Assembly: GCF_006345805.1 (NCBI RefSeq)
Contig: NW_021831285.1
Location: 1 to 64,000, forward strand
Origin: Octopus sinensis
Lineage: Eukaryota
Length of the DNA stretch: 64,000 nt
Direction: 5' to 3'
The position numbers and the translations under genes were made by a program. Shown here one piece after another: positions 25,334 through 38,159 of the stretch; position 1 is the stretch's first letter, and each line of letters opens with the position of its first letter. The notes beneath the pieces were generated by a model. The model had not been told where the DNA came from, did no database searches, and was given only the letters and a program-made list of their open reading frames with translations.

Positions 25334-26269
25334 TGGTGGATCATAATTAATGCAGTTTTACATTTTAGTCCGAATTAATTAAAATTTAATTAAACTGCAG
25401 TTTATTTGTTATTTATAGATTGTATATAAATAGGAAGGAAGTAATAAGAAAAATTTAATTTAGACAAAACAGCGTTCATCGATTTTTAGTTTAGATGATA
25501 TATATAAACGATTTGAGAAACTTGTATTTCCAGAAAATAAAAATATCAAATATTGAAACATTTCCAAAATAAAAGAATAGTTCTAACAAAACAATTTTCA
25601 TTTTTCAATACATAATTTTATCAAAAAACAGACAAACAGAAAATATCAAAATTTCTTTAAACATAAATTCCTACATTTACATCAGCTATACATTACCCAC
25701 CCTCAAGATCCTACAATTAATTCAGGGATCAAAATTATGGAAAAATCAATATCTTTCATCGTTAAAAGAGATGATTCATTAATTTTATGGAAAAATCAAT
25801 ATCTTACAATAAAATGGGTACCAGTGAAATCCGATAAAAACGTTTCTTTGGTTGAGAACAAGGCCAGAACTGATTATCAGCGTTCCAAATTTCGTTGGAT
25901 CTATTCCGTGTTTTTTGTGCATAAAAATGTCGAGTTTTTGGTTTTGGAGGAAGTTGATGCAGTTAACGTTTTGGGTTTCCGTCCTGAAAATGTGAAAGAG
26001 TAGTACTTATAATCCCAAAGCATGTTAAATTGCCACGTGTGGGTGCCGACAAGGCCGCGTCCATACCTAATCATCTTACAATTTTTTTTCCTTAATAAAT
26101 TTTTTTTTTCAAATTACTATTAAATCGTTAGAAGAGAAGATTCGTTAATTTTATAACAAAAATACACAAACATAAAATATCAAAATTATTTTAAACAAAA
26201 AATTCTCACATTTCAATTTTATTCTTTTTGGTTTTAATAATATGAAACTACGCCGAAAAGATAAAACTA

Positions 26270-26488
26270 CAAAAATAGTTTTCTCTCGCGGACCGCTACC
26301 GTTTTACACCAATCGCCTTGGAGACTGCTGGACCCGCGGGAAAGGATACCGAATCGTTCCTCAACGAGGTCGGGCAGTCCATTGGGAGGAGACTTAAGGA
26401 CCAGAGAGAGGGCCTCTCGTTCCGCCAGCGCATCGGTCTGGTAATCGTTCGCGGCAAAGCACAAAGCGTCCTTGCCGCTGGCACATAA
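26270..26488 (+). mobile_element. CRE 3' fragment (divergent subfamily)
   Basis: LADRYRFTPIALETAG...RQRIGLVIVRG; stop at 26486-26488. Confidence 0.8.
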
Positions 26489-26619
26489 CGCTAATTAATA
26501 ATTGATTTTTTTATGAAAAAAAAATTATAATAAATTGAAATATTCTGCCCTTTTAGAAGAGTTTTGCAATTTTTTTTCATTAATAATTTTTTGTTCAAAT
26601 TACTATTAAAGAATCTGTT

Positions 26620-28232
26620 ATTTAGTATTTAATTAACAGCAGAGGATAAGATTGAATGGCAATTCCCACGCAAGATGGCTATTGATATGCGTTGGAAAAG
26701 CGATATGCGTTTTGTATTTCTTGATTTTTAGCGTTTCGGCCAGGCTAGCTGCGGAGCCCGGCTCTGCGGCTGACGTAAAGATGTTTTCTGCGGAGAAGGT
26801 GTCCGTGCAAGTTGCGTCCCAGATGAGCGACTTGCCATTTTCGAAAGAGAAAGTCGTTAGGCCGTCAGGACGTTTACCATCCTCCCGAACCAGGCCGACC
26901 GGTTCCAACTGTGTTGGGAATCCGGCAGTTTCAAGGGTCCGCTTAACTATGTCGTTCAGGGCAGTGTGTCGGGGAAAGCGTCCGGAGCTTCTCTGGCACG
27001 ATAATGGGTGCAATCCAAATGGGTCAACGGTCGATCCTCAGCGGTACCGGTGTTCTCTGCATACGTTTAGTCCCAGGCGCAATGAGACGCCGATCCTCAG
27101 GCAATCGTCGTTCAATAAGTTTCCAATAGATCCCATTGGGATGGCGGTCAACAAAGCCCCCGAATATGGTTGCGAGGCAGCCAATAAACAGGGCAAGCGA
27201 TGTTGGTTAAGCTTAGGTTTGATGAGGTTGTTCGACTTCTGATCACAGAGAATCCTGTCTCATTCGTCCTGTGCGTGTGTATTCTGCGGAAGCTCAAGAG
27301 ACAACCCAAGCCAGCGACTTTCTGTGGCGACTGACTCTGAGTCCATAGAAGATTTGGTAACGGGTTGGAGAATCTCATGGACAAGGGTGCTCGTGGCATG
27401 TGTAGAAGAAAGAAATGCTAGCAAAGAAAGGTCAGTGGTTGAGCGCACACCGATGCTGTCGCGACTGATGGGGAGCGTTGGCTGTTCCCAGCCAAGATCG
27501 TCAAAGGGGGCATTACATATTGATTCGAAGCAAGTCCTGAGAGCATGGTCTAATCTGGAGAGGCTCTCGGGACTGGCAAACCATGGAGCCCTTCTAAGTG
27601 TAAACAATAGTTTGGGAATGGCGAAACAGTTCCTCAATAGAAACAGGGCCGAACGGGAGTCGATGATACCAAGATTACGGGACATTGACACAAGGTTTGA
27701 TGTCTTTTCTGACAATGTCGAAACGACATCGGTGTTAAAAATCGGGGAACCCAAAATCTTGAGATTGCTGGGCGAGGTGACATGGATGTTGGGAAGTAAT
27801 GACTCTATAGAACCATGGACAACGGAGAAACGGTGGGCATCATAACTGATGTTAAAGATTGGGGGATTGATTTCGAGGTTAGGGTTGCGTGTAATGCAGG
27901 GATTAAAACTCTCAGGTCGGCAAGAACGGATTCGAGAGTACCTCCGATAGTGGCATCGTCCAAATACCACGCATTGAAAAGGGAGGATACACTTCTGGCA
28001 ACTGGATCAATTGCCAGGGCAAAGAGAAGAGGACCCAGAGGGTCGCCTTGTTGGAAACCGTTGCAGGACGAGATTGAATGATCGCCAGCGATAAGGAGGC
28101 TGGGGCGACCGTAGGACAAAGCGACCAGGCGGGCAATAAAAGGTGAACTCCGGATAATAGATTCAAATATTACGTCCCGACGAACGCTGTTAAAGGCGTT
28201 AATCAGGTCCAGTTTGACTAGAAGGCAAGGGT
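26620..28232 (-). mobile_element. 5'-truncated CRE retrotransposon, same subfamily as 1185-2273
   Basis: RT motifs QQGDPLGP and WYLDD, CCHC, RPDG; frameshifts, stops and an internal deletion at ~26700. Confidence 0.9.
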
Positions 28233-28433
28233 TACAAAATTATGAAAAAAATCGAAATCTTTTACCGTTAGAATAGATGATTCGTTAATTTTAAACAAAA
28301 ACACACAAACATGAAATATCAAAATTACTTTAAATAGAAAAAAATCCTCACATTTACATCTTCCGTGATAATCTATAACTTCCACTAATTGTTGATTTGT
28401 TAAAAAAATAGAACAAAAATATTTAAAAAATTA

Positions 28434-29192
28434 CTAAAAATTATTGAAGTGTTTATAAATCATTGTCAAATTTGAAATTGTGCAATTTTTTTGTTTTGGT
28501 TCAGCCTTAACTAGTTGTACGTGAGGATCAGCTAACTCACGGAATTGAAAATCTTCACTGAAAAAATCCATTAAACCTGGTTCCGCGATTTTTTCACGAT
28601 TCTAAATTAATTTTAATAATCAAAATATAAATTTTATTTACAAAAGTTAACAACTTACTGAATTTGAGTTTTTGAAATTGAATTTATTTTGTTTTTCATT
28701 GTCTAAAACTTCCAGAGAGGAGACTTCAATTTTAGTCAGGTTAGAGTAACGGGGACCTCTTAGGTTAAGACATGTGGATGCCTATTTTTAAAAAATAAAA
28801 ATTACTTTCTGATCTATGAGCTGTTCAACTGATTTAGTAATTTCGATGTATTCTGAGTTGTTTTCGAGTTTATTAATCTCGTTTTTTATTAGAAGGGATA
28901 TTGCGTTGGACTGGGGATTGATCAAAAGATCTTCTGGAGGTAAATCTATTTCAGTTTTTGCAGTCGAATCAAAGCTTGTTGTAGAAAGAATCGTGGAATG
29001 GTCTTTTATCATTTCCAATTGTGGCTGTGGACTTGGTAAATGCTCAATGGGGATTTCTTCTGAAGAGAGAGCTGATGAAAGTTCAAGAAGAGTATCACTG
29101 CTTTCATTTTCAAACGATTCTTCAAAATATGGCGAATCTAGAAAGTGTGGAGTGGGAATAGATATATTTGGGAATGCGTCGTCATCAGACAT
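28434..29192 (-). CDS. Hypothetical protein, acidic/Ser-rich N-terminus
   Basis: ATG 29192; exon 1 ORF, then a 24-nt GT-AG intron and further in-frame exons to TAG 28434; no family recognised; second intron (~57 nt) uncertain. Confidence 0.5.
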
Positions 29193-29374
29193 TTAACCAA
29201 TTACTGTAGAAACTAGAAATGTTTATAAAAAATAAAATTTTAAAAACTGAATGATTTTTTTTATAAACTAATATTTAGGAACATAAATTTGTTGCTAATT
29301 ATAGAAAGGTGTAAATGAGGATAGAAATATAAAAAAGAAATATTTATTAAAGAATATGAATTTATAAAAAATTA

Positions 29375-30760
29375 TTAATCTGATCTAAAAAATCTTATAA
29401 GTGGAATTTGTAGGCTCGCTACAAGAGTTTCTATATTTTCCCATGTTTCTTGGTGTCCCTAAAATAATATCAGAACAACTATACATCAAAATAAACTCTT
29501 CCATGCCGGTCTTTTTTGATAAGGTAGTGGCCAACTGTCTGATGCTCCTCACATTGTAGCACAGACATAACAAAACAGCCTTTCCATGTAGTTGAATTTC
29601 TTATGATAAAACATCCAACTCGACGAAAGACCAAATGTTTTTCGGCGTCTTCTCTGGGAATCAAAAATGAAAAAATTACACCGAGTGAACTCGGGGTGGT
29701 TCCAACTAGTAAAATCAGTCAGCGGATTGATCGCAGTTACGTCTTTTTGTTCATTTTTAAAACTGCAAAAACTTGTACCAATTCCACTATCGTTTTTATA
29801 TTCTTAAATATTGACAAATTTTGAAAATTACTTTCACCATGTCTCGTGAAATTTTTAATTTTTTGAACGGAAGGGGAGAAATGAGTCGGACGACAATCAT
29901 CCGTTTTCTACGAAAAATATTCTGGATTGTATACCATAGGAACAAAAACAAATGCCTCTGCATCAGTTTGCAAGTCAGATTTTACTTCTGGTTTAATTTT
30001 TTGTCTGGTTCTGAGAAATGTTGAATGTTCTTGCATATACTTCTTCAGTGAATAAGAAGAACTACTACAAATGTGTTATTTATAATCTTACGGTGTTAGA
30101 TTTTCGGTCAAATCACTTGCAATACTCCGAGGACCACACGTGTCTTTGGATTTGAGACTCTAATTGTTATATTTATCAACAATTACGTTATTTTGTCCAG
30201 CACTTTGATCGCTTTTTTCAATAATGGCCTGGAGCGTATCATTTAGCAAAAGTGTCTAAAAATAATTAGATTTGTCTATAATTAGAATTTAATTAGAACA
30301 AAGTACCAAATGTTACTAATTAGTAATTTTTAGAATTAAATACAGACTACACAGGCACATGCTGTGAACACAACCTCTTCTTGTTTTTCCGTAGATAAAA
30401 TATGAGCAAAACTGTGAAAATGTGTTTTTTGTAATTGGCTTTTTTCAATGATTGCAACCTTTTTTTCGTGTGTAGCGCAGATGACAAAAGAAATATTTTG
30501 GAAAAAAAGTCGAAGATAACATTTCTGTCAGAATTAAATTTATTATTTAACTTTAAAAAATCTATCATAAATTTCGATCGCTTGATCTGACAATATCAAA
30601 GTCACATTTTTGGCATTCTCACTTTTCTAAGAATTTAAATCAATCGGCAAACCTTTGAAGATTTCAGATGACTAACCACATTTGAAATACTCTCACCAGA
30701 TAACACATTTCCCAAATCCAACCAATTATGATACTTTATAATAAAACGAATTAGCATTAA
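29375..30760 (-). CDS. PTB-linker-SH2 adaptor (Shc-like domain order); 5' end not resolved
   Basis: Spliced SH2 SWNHPEFTREDAEKHL...GCFIIRNS...GHYLI...WENIETLV; PTB-like VTLILSDQAIEIYD...FQNISFV; 26-29 nt introns plus one inferred ~95-nt intron. Confidence 0.65.
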
Positions 30761-32036
30761 ATTCGATTATTTATTGTCTGACTAACTTTGATATATGATT
30801 AATAGCCCAGATAAAAGTCGCATTATTGTTAAAAAAACATAAATTTGAACATTTAATAACAAAGAGCTTTATAGTACAAATTACAGATAAAACTTAATTT
30901 CGTCCAAATTTTGTATTAAAATATGCCAATTAGGAAAATTGTAGTACCTTTAAGGAGATCCCACCTGGGCAAAACAAAATTTTATATTCCTTAGGTTTGA
31001 GTTTTGAGTTTAAATTGTCACAATTTGCTGAGTTTGTAAAAGAATTTGTGACCGAGAAAGGCATGAATGAATTGTTAGGCGTCGCAAACTAAATTTTATT
31101 GTCTTTTTACGGTTACGGTCATCGATTTAACGACATATGTGAGGAATACATTGCATTTTTGATAATAATCACAAGTACTATTAATTAGGTACTTTTTTAA
31201 ATAAATACTAGTCAGTACTGGCATTTCAAAATACATCTCGAACTCAATTAGACTGCAATGTGATTCATCTAAAGCACCTAATGTAAAATCTAAAAAAACA
31301 AATAGATTGTGCTCAGATTAGATATTTTTTGTATTTAAAATAACTAAACGCGAAGTACAGGCTGTGTAGATAGAAATCATATAACAGAGAAAAAATCAAA
31401 CAATCAATGTTTTAAACTGTAAAAATCAATTTTTAATTAGTTTTTAAGTCGGCTAGCCAATTTAAAGGTTTGTAATTGATTGAGTCAGCTGGAATTGACA
31501 AGTTTTATTTATCTATAATTAGATTTTATTTATGTTTAGGTAAAAGAAATAAAAGCAAAACAATTTCAAAAAGCAAATAATGATTCCATAGTACATATTG
31601 AAATCTCGGTCATGTGAGTCTAAAGATATCAAAGACCTAAAATTTCCTTGTTACGAACAATTCGGGATGTAAATCCTTGGAAGTAAAATCCTCAGGAAAG
31701 AGTTTTAAAAAGTTTTTTCTTTTTATCTTGTTTTTTTGATGAACACGATTATTATTTTTTGACAATATACTTGGTAATTACATGCTGTGAATGGATAAGC
31801 GCTTTGATCTAGTTGAGAATGCCGGAGTTCTAGAATTTTTTGTGTCAAAATTATAATAAAAATAGGTAAATTGAAAGTTATAAGAAACTTTACATATTGA
31901 ACGTTATTTAGAAAAAAACAGTAACAAATAGCAGTACTAGAATCCAATTCATCTGTCTACATTTGACTGATAAAAAACAAATAAAAATGACATTCAGACA
32001 ACTTTATTTGATAAGTAAAGATTAATATGTATCATT

Positions 32037-34395
32037 GTTTCCCCTCACTATTGCTTGGGACACGTTCTGGAGGAGCCATCTCGTCTCCAGAGGATTGTGT
32101 GTTTTCAAGGTCTTGAGACGTGCAATACTCTTGAGAAAGCACAACGACTCGTTCCCAATCGATCCCAGGGTTTCGACAGCAACCGGCTAGAAAACGTAAC
32201 GATCGGTGAGCCCATCATATTTCTTCTTCTTGATGTCCTCTGCTTTATCCGCAGCTGTGCCAGCATTGCAGGCACTTTCCAACATGTTTGTCTTGGACAA
32301 GGAGTCGGAACATGTTGAATCCCATACGAGAGGCTTTCCTTCCAAAAACGGAAAGATAGTCATCCCGTCTGGGCGTTTTCCATCTCCTCGGTCCAATCCA
32401 GGTGGTTCCAGCACTGATGGGAATCCGATTGAATCGAGAGCTCTTCTTATAACGTCGTTGAGAGCTGAATGCCTCGGGAATCTACCAGCGCTTTTTCGAC
32501 AGGAAAGAGGGTGGTGTCCAACAAACTTTGAGACCGATACGTAGACAGATACCAACTCGCAGTGTGTCAGAATCCAAGAGAGTCCCCAAGCTTCCGATTG
32601 GGAAGGCTTCCAACCATTCTCCACTCCCCGTGGACCTCCCGGCAAGCAAGCATGCTCTACGGTGTTGATTCGATGTCTTTAGGAGACTCTCGAACCGACC
32701 TTCGCACACAATCTTGTCATAACTCTTCTGTAAGGAGAAGTCCGGCGGCAGCTTCGATTCGTTTGCGCTCCAACTGTCAAAGTAGGCAGTCATCTTAGGT
32801 ATTGAAGATTCGGGGAGGAGATGGAGAATCTTCTGAACCAGAGTTTGACTGCTGTACAGTGAAGACAGGAATGCAGGGCGGGACACATCGGTAGGATTTC
32901 GGATGCCAAGACCTCCAAAGGAGACAGGAAGGGAAGCTTGTTTCCAGCCTTGATCGTCGAATTTGATGTTTATGATGCGTTCAGTTGTTTTCCGGAAAAG
33001 GACGTTAATAGAATGAAGTTGATCATTTTCTAAGAAGCAGAGTGACCCTCGTAGCACATGATTTAATTTTTGGATGCCAAGGGAATTTTTGAGCAGGAAG
33101 AAGGCTGTATGTGGGTCCAACAAATTAAGACGAACAAAAGTCTTTTCCAGTAGCATTTCCTTAGTTTCAAGAGCATCCTTGATTCCACCATCTGTCAATG
33201 GGCAGCCTAATATCTCCACACTGATACTAGGCGTGATGGACGCTCCGGGAATTATCTCACTGAAAGAAGAAACAATAACCTCGAATTCATCACGACGGAA
33301 CCCAAAATTAATGATTTCACTTTTTGAAGTGTTCAGTATGAGACCAACGCATTCAAGTCTTGGAATTAGGTCAACGAGCGCCTTGAAGACAGTTTCGGGA
33401 TGACCTCCGAGGGTGCAGTCATCAAGGTACCAAACATTCAGCGGGGTTGAACAGCTCTTAGCAATGTGATTAATTCCAAGGCAAAAGAGAACAGGGCCCA
33501 ATGGGTCTCCTTGTTGAACCCCCGAGGATGAGGAAATATGGTAAGGGCCATGGACGAGGGTGGATGGTTTCGCGTATGAGCTGAGTACATAGTTGTATAT
33601 TTCGGGACAAAATTCAAGACAGTTCTTCAATATAGAGTCGCGGCGAATGGTGTTAGATGTGCAATTTAACAATAATATGGGGGGTATTGTTGTTTATGTG
33701 GTTGAATGTACGGATTCCGTGTATTGCAGCTTCACAACCTCCTAGGTTACCAACTCCAAGTTGAATAGGGCACATTAGCGGGGTTAATGTTGGGATAACA
33801 GCCCTGCATGCCATCTTTGAAGCTAGCCGACGGAAGACAGATCCAACTGCAATGGGTCGAACACCCCCTCCTTTCTTTTCTAGCGCGATCAGTTTTGCAG
33901 AGAAGAAAAAGTGACGGACTAGCTCTGGAAGATCTCCCGAAAGCATTCTGTTGATAAGAGAACAGATCGACGAAAGAAGCCGTGATCCCGAGTTTCCAGT
34001 GTCCGGCGAGATTAGGTCCTTAAGATGTCCTGGTCGCAGCCCGTCTAGACCCGCCCCGCTGCTTGGAGCGAAGGATAAAATTCCGGCTTTAATGTCGTCG
34101 TCCGAGACAGACAATGGCTGAAGAATCCCTGAGAGAGCTAGATTTCGTGAGTCGCTTGGAGCGGCCGGATGTCGAGCTTCATGAATCTCAATTGAAGGCT
34201 TAAGGAATGGACTATCACTGGAGAGCACTCTCAAAGCCGAGCGTATTCCCCCTTCTAATAATTTAGAATGAATAGTCCTCCGTAAGAGAACGTGTCCCAA
34301 GCAATAGTGAGGGGAAACAGGATCGCCATCAGTTCTTCTTCTTATTGTCCTTAACAATTTCTTTCGTTTCAAAATATTACCTTCTATTTAAAAAA
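32037..34395 (-). mobile_element. CRE retrotransposon with large 5' inversion
   Basis: 13-bp TSD AATATGTATCATT at 32024-32036 and 34396-34408; RT/RLE on minus strand; true C-terminus, UTR and A-tail on plus strand at 34287-34395. Confidence 0.9.
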
Positions 34396-34578
34396 AATAT
34401 GTATCATTTAAGATAAAAATAAATAGTAGATAAACATGAAAATTAACTTTTTTCCAGTAAAATTCTTTACAACATTAGCAAATTATAATGTGAATTATTT
34501 TTTATTTTTGATATTATAAATTGCAACATTAGCAGATTATAATTTACATTAAATTTTTTGGCAAGTTTGTAACAACTT

Positions 34579-34765
34579 TAACTCTAACCTTAACTTTAAC
34601 TCTAACTATAAATGATTTCAACGTTATTTATAAACAGATTCATCATAAAAATGACACTAAAGAAAACAGACCCTAACCCCTAACCCTAACCCTAATATGA
34701 TTTAACGGCATTAACGCCACTTTAACGGCTCGTATTCAACCTGGGCTCGTATTCAACCGGTCACA
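34579..34765. repeat. Telomere-like (CCCTAA)n tract plus orphan Ginger-like terminus
   Basis: CCCTAACCCCTAACCCTAACCCTAA at 34671-34695; tandem GGCTCGTATTCAACC x2, then GGTCACA end. Confidence 0.6.
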
Positions 34766-34894
34766 ATTAATGATTTAAGTATTTTAGTTAGTTAATAGAA
34801 TTTAATAGAATTTTGAAGTTTTCTGGATGAAGATAATACATGGCTGATCCGTTTTCTTTTATCTAGTACTGAATAAACTGTACGGCTTAGGAAT

Positions 34895-35780
34895 ATGACA
34901 TTGATGCTTTTCACGACTACGGTTGGAACACCTCAGGGGGACTCTCTATCTTGGGTTTTATTCATCGTATACGGGGAAGCCTCAAAGAGAGCTCTCAGAA
35001 CTAAATGTGGAGGACCTGGCATGTGGCGGATCATTATATATGCAGATGACATAGACTTTGAGTCAGAAAAGTATTTGGAATTTGAACTTGTTTTTAAAAA
35101 AATTCCCAACGAATTTAAGAATTGGTCCCTACATGTTAATGAAGAAAAGACCGAACACAAGGGAATTAAAAAGGAATTAAAACATATTGATGAAAACTAA
35201 AGGAAAAAAAGGAAACTGAGATCGGTACTTTATGATAGCATGATATATAGAATGGTGCTATCCAGTCCAATGTATAAGAAAATGCAAGTCGACCAAAGCT
35301 AATAAAAACAAAGCTCTGAATAAGGTTATACAACTTGTATATAAAACCGTACTTGTCTACAACTCGGGTACATGGAGAGTCACAGAGTTAGAACTCAAGA
35401 AAATAGACACATTTTATCGAAAGCTATTACACAATTTACTTGGCCTAGATTGGCCAACAAAGATTTCCAACAAGAAATTGTACTCTATGAAATTATCGGA
35501 TCCAATAAGCACTGAAATTATCGAATCAAGATGGAGGCTATTTGGTCATGTACTTTGAATTGACATAAACATTCCCGCCAACATTACAATAGACAATTAC
35601 TTTGACAATGAAAACAAAACATCTTTCAAAGAAAGACTTTGAGTCACTCTCCTTGTTCTTCTAAACAAGGCTCTTAATAAAATTAGAAAAAAACTAGAAG
35701 ACGTGAGAAACAGATACCGATGGAGAAGCTTGGAGAATAAAATCTCGAAACGTGTGGCACAAAAAGGACCTTAGTTAATT
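34895..35780 (+). mobile_element. Degraded RTE-like LINE
   Basis: GTPQGDSLS, IYADD and ESRWRLFGHVL remnants with stops. Confidence 0.85.
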
Positions 35781-37944
35781 TACATTCTTTGTTCTGTGAA
35801 CGTGCTTTTAAAAATAATAGAACTGGTACACAAAATATTTAGGAAATTTGTGCAGATCTGTTAAAAGTTTGATTAGATTTTGTAAAAAAATATTTTATTT
35901 TTTATATCCCGAAAAATTATTTTTCGTATTAAATTTGAGTAGAATACTTAATTTGTAACTTTCTAGTTAAAATATTTAGAAAGACGGACATAATAAAAAA
36001 ACTAAAAAAAATTTAGATTGTATCGACTTAAAAACCATTTACTTTTAATTTTACAAATATAATTTTCTCATAATAAATCCATAATTGTTGTGGTTGCCAC
36101 TCCTTTAATTGTAGACTACTGACATATTTATAAATAATAAACTTTTAAAAATTATAAATTTAAAATGATTCAGATAATCAAAAAACAACAAATCTAACAT
36201 CTTACAAAAATTAATAAATTTAAGATATTTTCAAAGAAGAAAATAAGATTTTATTTAATTTAAATTATAATTTTTTTAACATTAAAAAATAATTTTTTTA
36301 ACTTTTTACCCTGAGCAGAATATAATAATCAAATTTTAAAATCAAAAATTATTTTGTTGTCTAGAAGAGAATCACATGTTAGATAATACAATAGATAAAT
36401 TGTATATACAAAGTTTTTTTTAAATTTGCAGAAACTTTCGAGAGGAAAACAATCAGCTTACATCTGAAAATGATCTGTATTCTAAAATATTAAATCTAAA
36501 AAGATATCTATTTTTAGAAAGCGAAACTGATAGCGATGCCGATAGCATTGAAACAATCTCAGTGTTTGGGGATACTTCCTTGTCTGATTTTTAGCATTTT
36601 TATAATGTTGGAATTTCAATAATTTTCTGTTTTATATAAGATTTAGGGTTATTAATAAGAGAATTATCACTGAAAACTCAGACTAATCTGTTAATGTTAG
36701 CTATTTTGATTTTTAATGGATTTTTGATCAAAACAAATCAATATGCTCATCTTTGAATAGACATTTAAACCAACAAATTCTATTTACATTCCTAAAATCA
36801 TAAAGAATAAAAACACATGCTATTGCGGTGATTAGCATTTTTGATCCCATTAAACTTAAATTCAAACTGTAGAACATAACAATATCTTAGATCAACTTTC
36901 TAGGAATATTGTTTCAATGCATGAAAATTTCATTAAAAAAATATTTTGAAATCATTTTAAATTGTCTAAAAAATTGAACATACATTCATTTGAAGCTGTG
37001 TTTTTTAATTATTTTTAACTTTTTTAATTAAACTTTCAACTGTTACCTCGAAGTATTTTTTGATGGAATTAAATTCCAAAATAATTAGAATTTTTAAAAA
37101 TCGATTTTATAAGTTTATTTTAGATAAAAAGAGTCTGATTTTTATTTTCTAACAAAAAAGTTACACCTTCAAAATTCATCTAAAATTTTAAATCAAAATA
37201 AACATTTATTCATTATTTTTTATTAATTCGAACACTAATCGAACTTTTATTTTTAACTTTATTAAAATTTTTAAAAACAATATGTTTAAGCAAATTAGAA
37301 AATGTTTAAATTCAAAAAAATGTATTTAATAAATTAGATCTAATATTCGATATACATGAAGAGAAAACCAAACGACATATCTGATATAACGTTTGAAAAT
37401 AATATTTTTAATTAAATTTTATTTAAAAAAAACTTATAGAGACTCGAGCAATGTAAATAATAATTCTTATTTTATAAAGTTCACAACGAACAAAAATAAT
37501 TCAAGTTTGGTTCCTACGAGTTTAGAGGCCGGAGGGACTGTTGAAGCTGACAAAAAACAGGAAGAGAAACTTTTTAAAGAATATTGGTTAAAGTAAACTT
37601 CTATGTCCATAAAAGTAATAAATTTTTATACAGTAACTGCTCAAAGAATTGGCAATTTTGACCTCTTCAAAAATTTTTTGCAAATTCGTGAAATAGCCTA
37701 TTCGCGAATAAAATCAATGTTTTTAATTCAAGTTGCATTTTTGTTAATTTCACAACAACCCGACTTCACCCTACAACTCTTTATCATCAGCTAAAATTAT
37801 TTTTTATGAATATTAGTAAAAACTTTTTCTAAATAAAATTCAATTCCCATTTTCTTTTTTTAGTTTTAAATACACTTTATTTATAGGAAATTATTTATAA
37901 CTAAATTGGTGTTTTGCTTAGAAGATTAATACATTTTCATTTAA

Positions 37945-38110
37945 TCAAATACATTCATTCAACTTTGCATCGAGCATCGGAAATAGTAGTTTTTGTACGT
38001 TTTTTGCTGCCGGTAAGTCTTCACAATTTCTTAGAATAGAATCTATTTTTAAAGTATATTTTTTTCGTGAATATTTTTTCTGAAATATCGATGAAAATCT
38101 AATCTGCTTG
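37945..38110 (-). pseudogene. pogo/Tigger N-terminal fragment
   Basis: KLLFPMLDAKLNECI resembles the CENP-B HTH start. Confidence 0.45.
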
Positions 38111-38159
38111 ATAAAAAAGAGATGGCCGACAAAATTGCTACTTACTTCGAGTACCTCTT

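Noticed and set aside
1204-33403. Numerous overlapping or antisense ORFs in the track (e.g. 1204, 1496, 10618, 26652, 27324, 33074)
   Set aside because: They are shadow frames of GC-rich retrotransposon coding sequence.
33653-34372. N-terminus MKRKKLL...GHVL of the CRE ORF
   Set aside because: These codons are the antisense of the element's inverted 3' end, not a real N-terminus.
34671-34695. True telomere or chromosome end
   Set aside because: Only four units, internal to the window and embedded in a transposon-like end.
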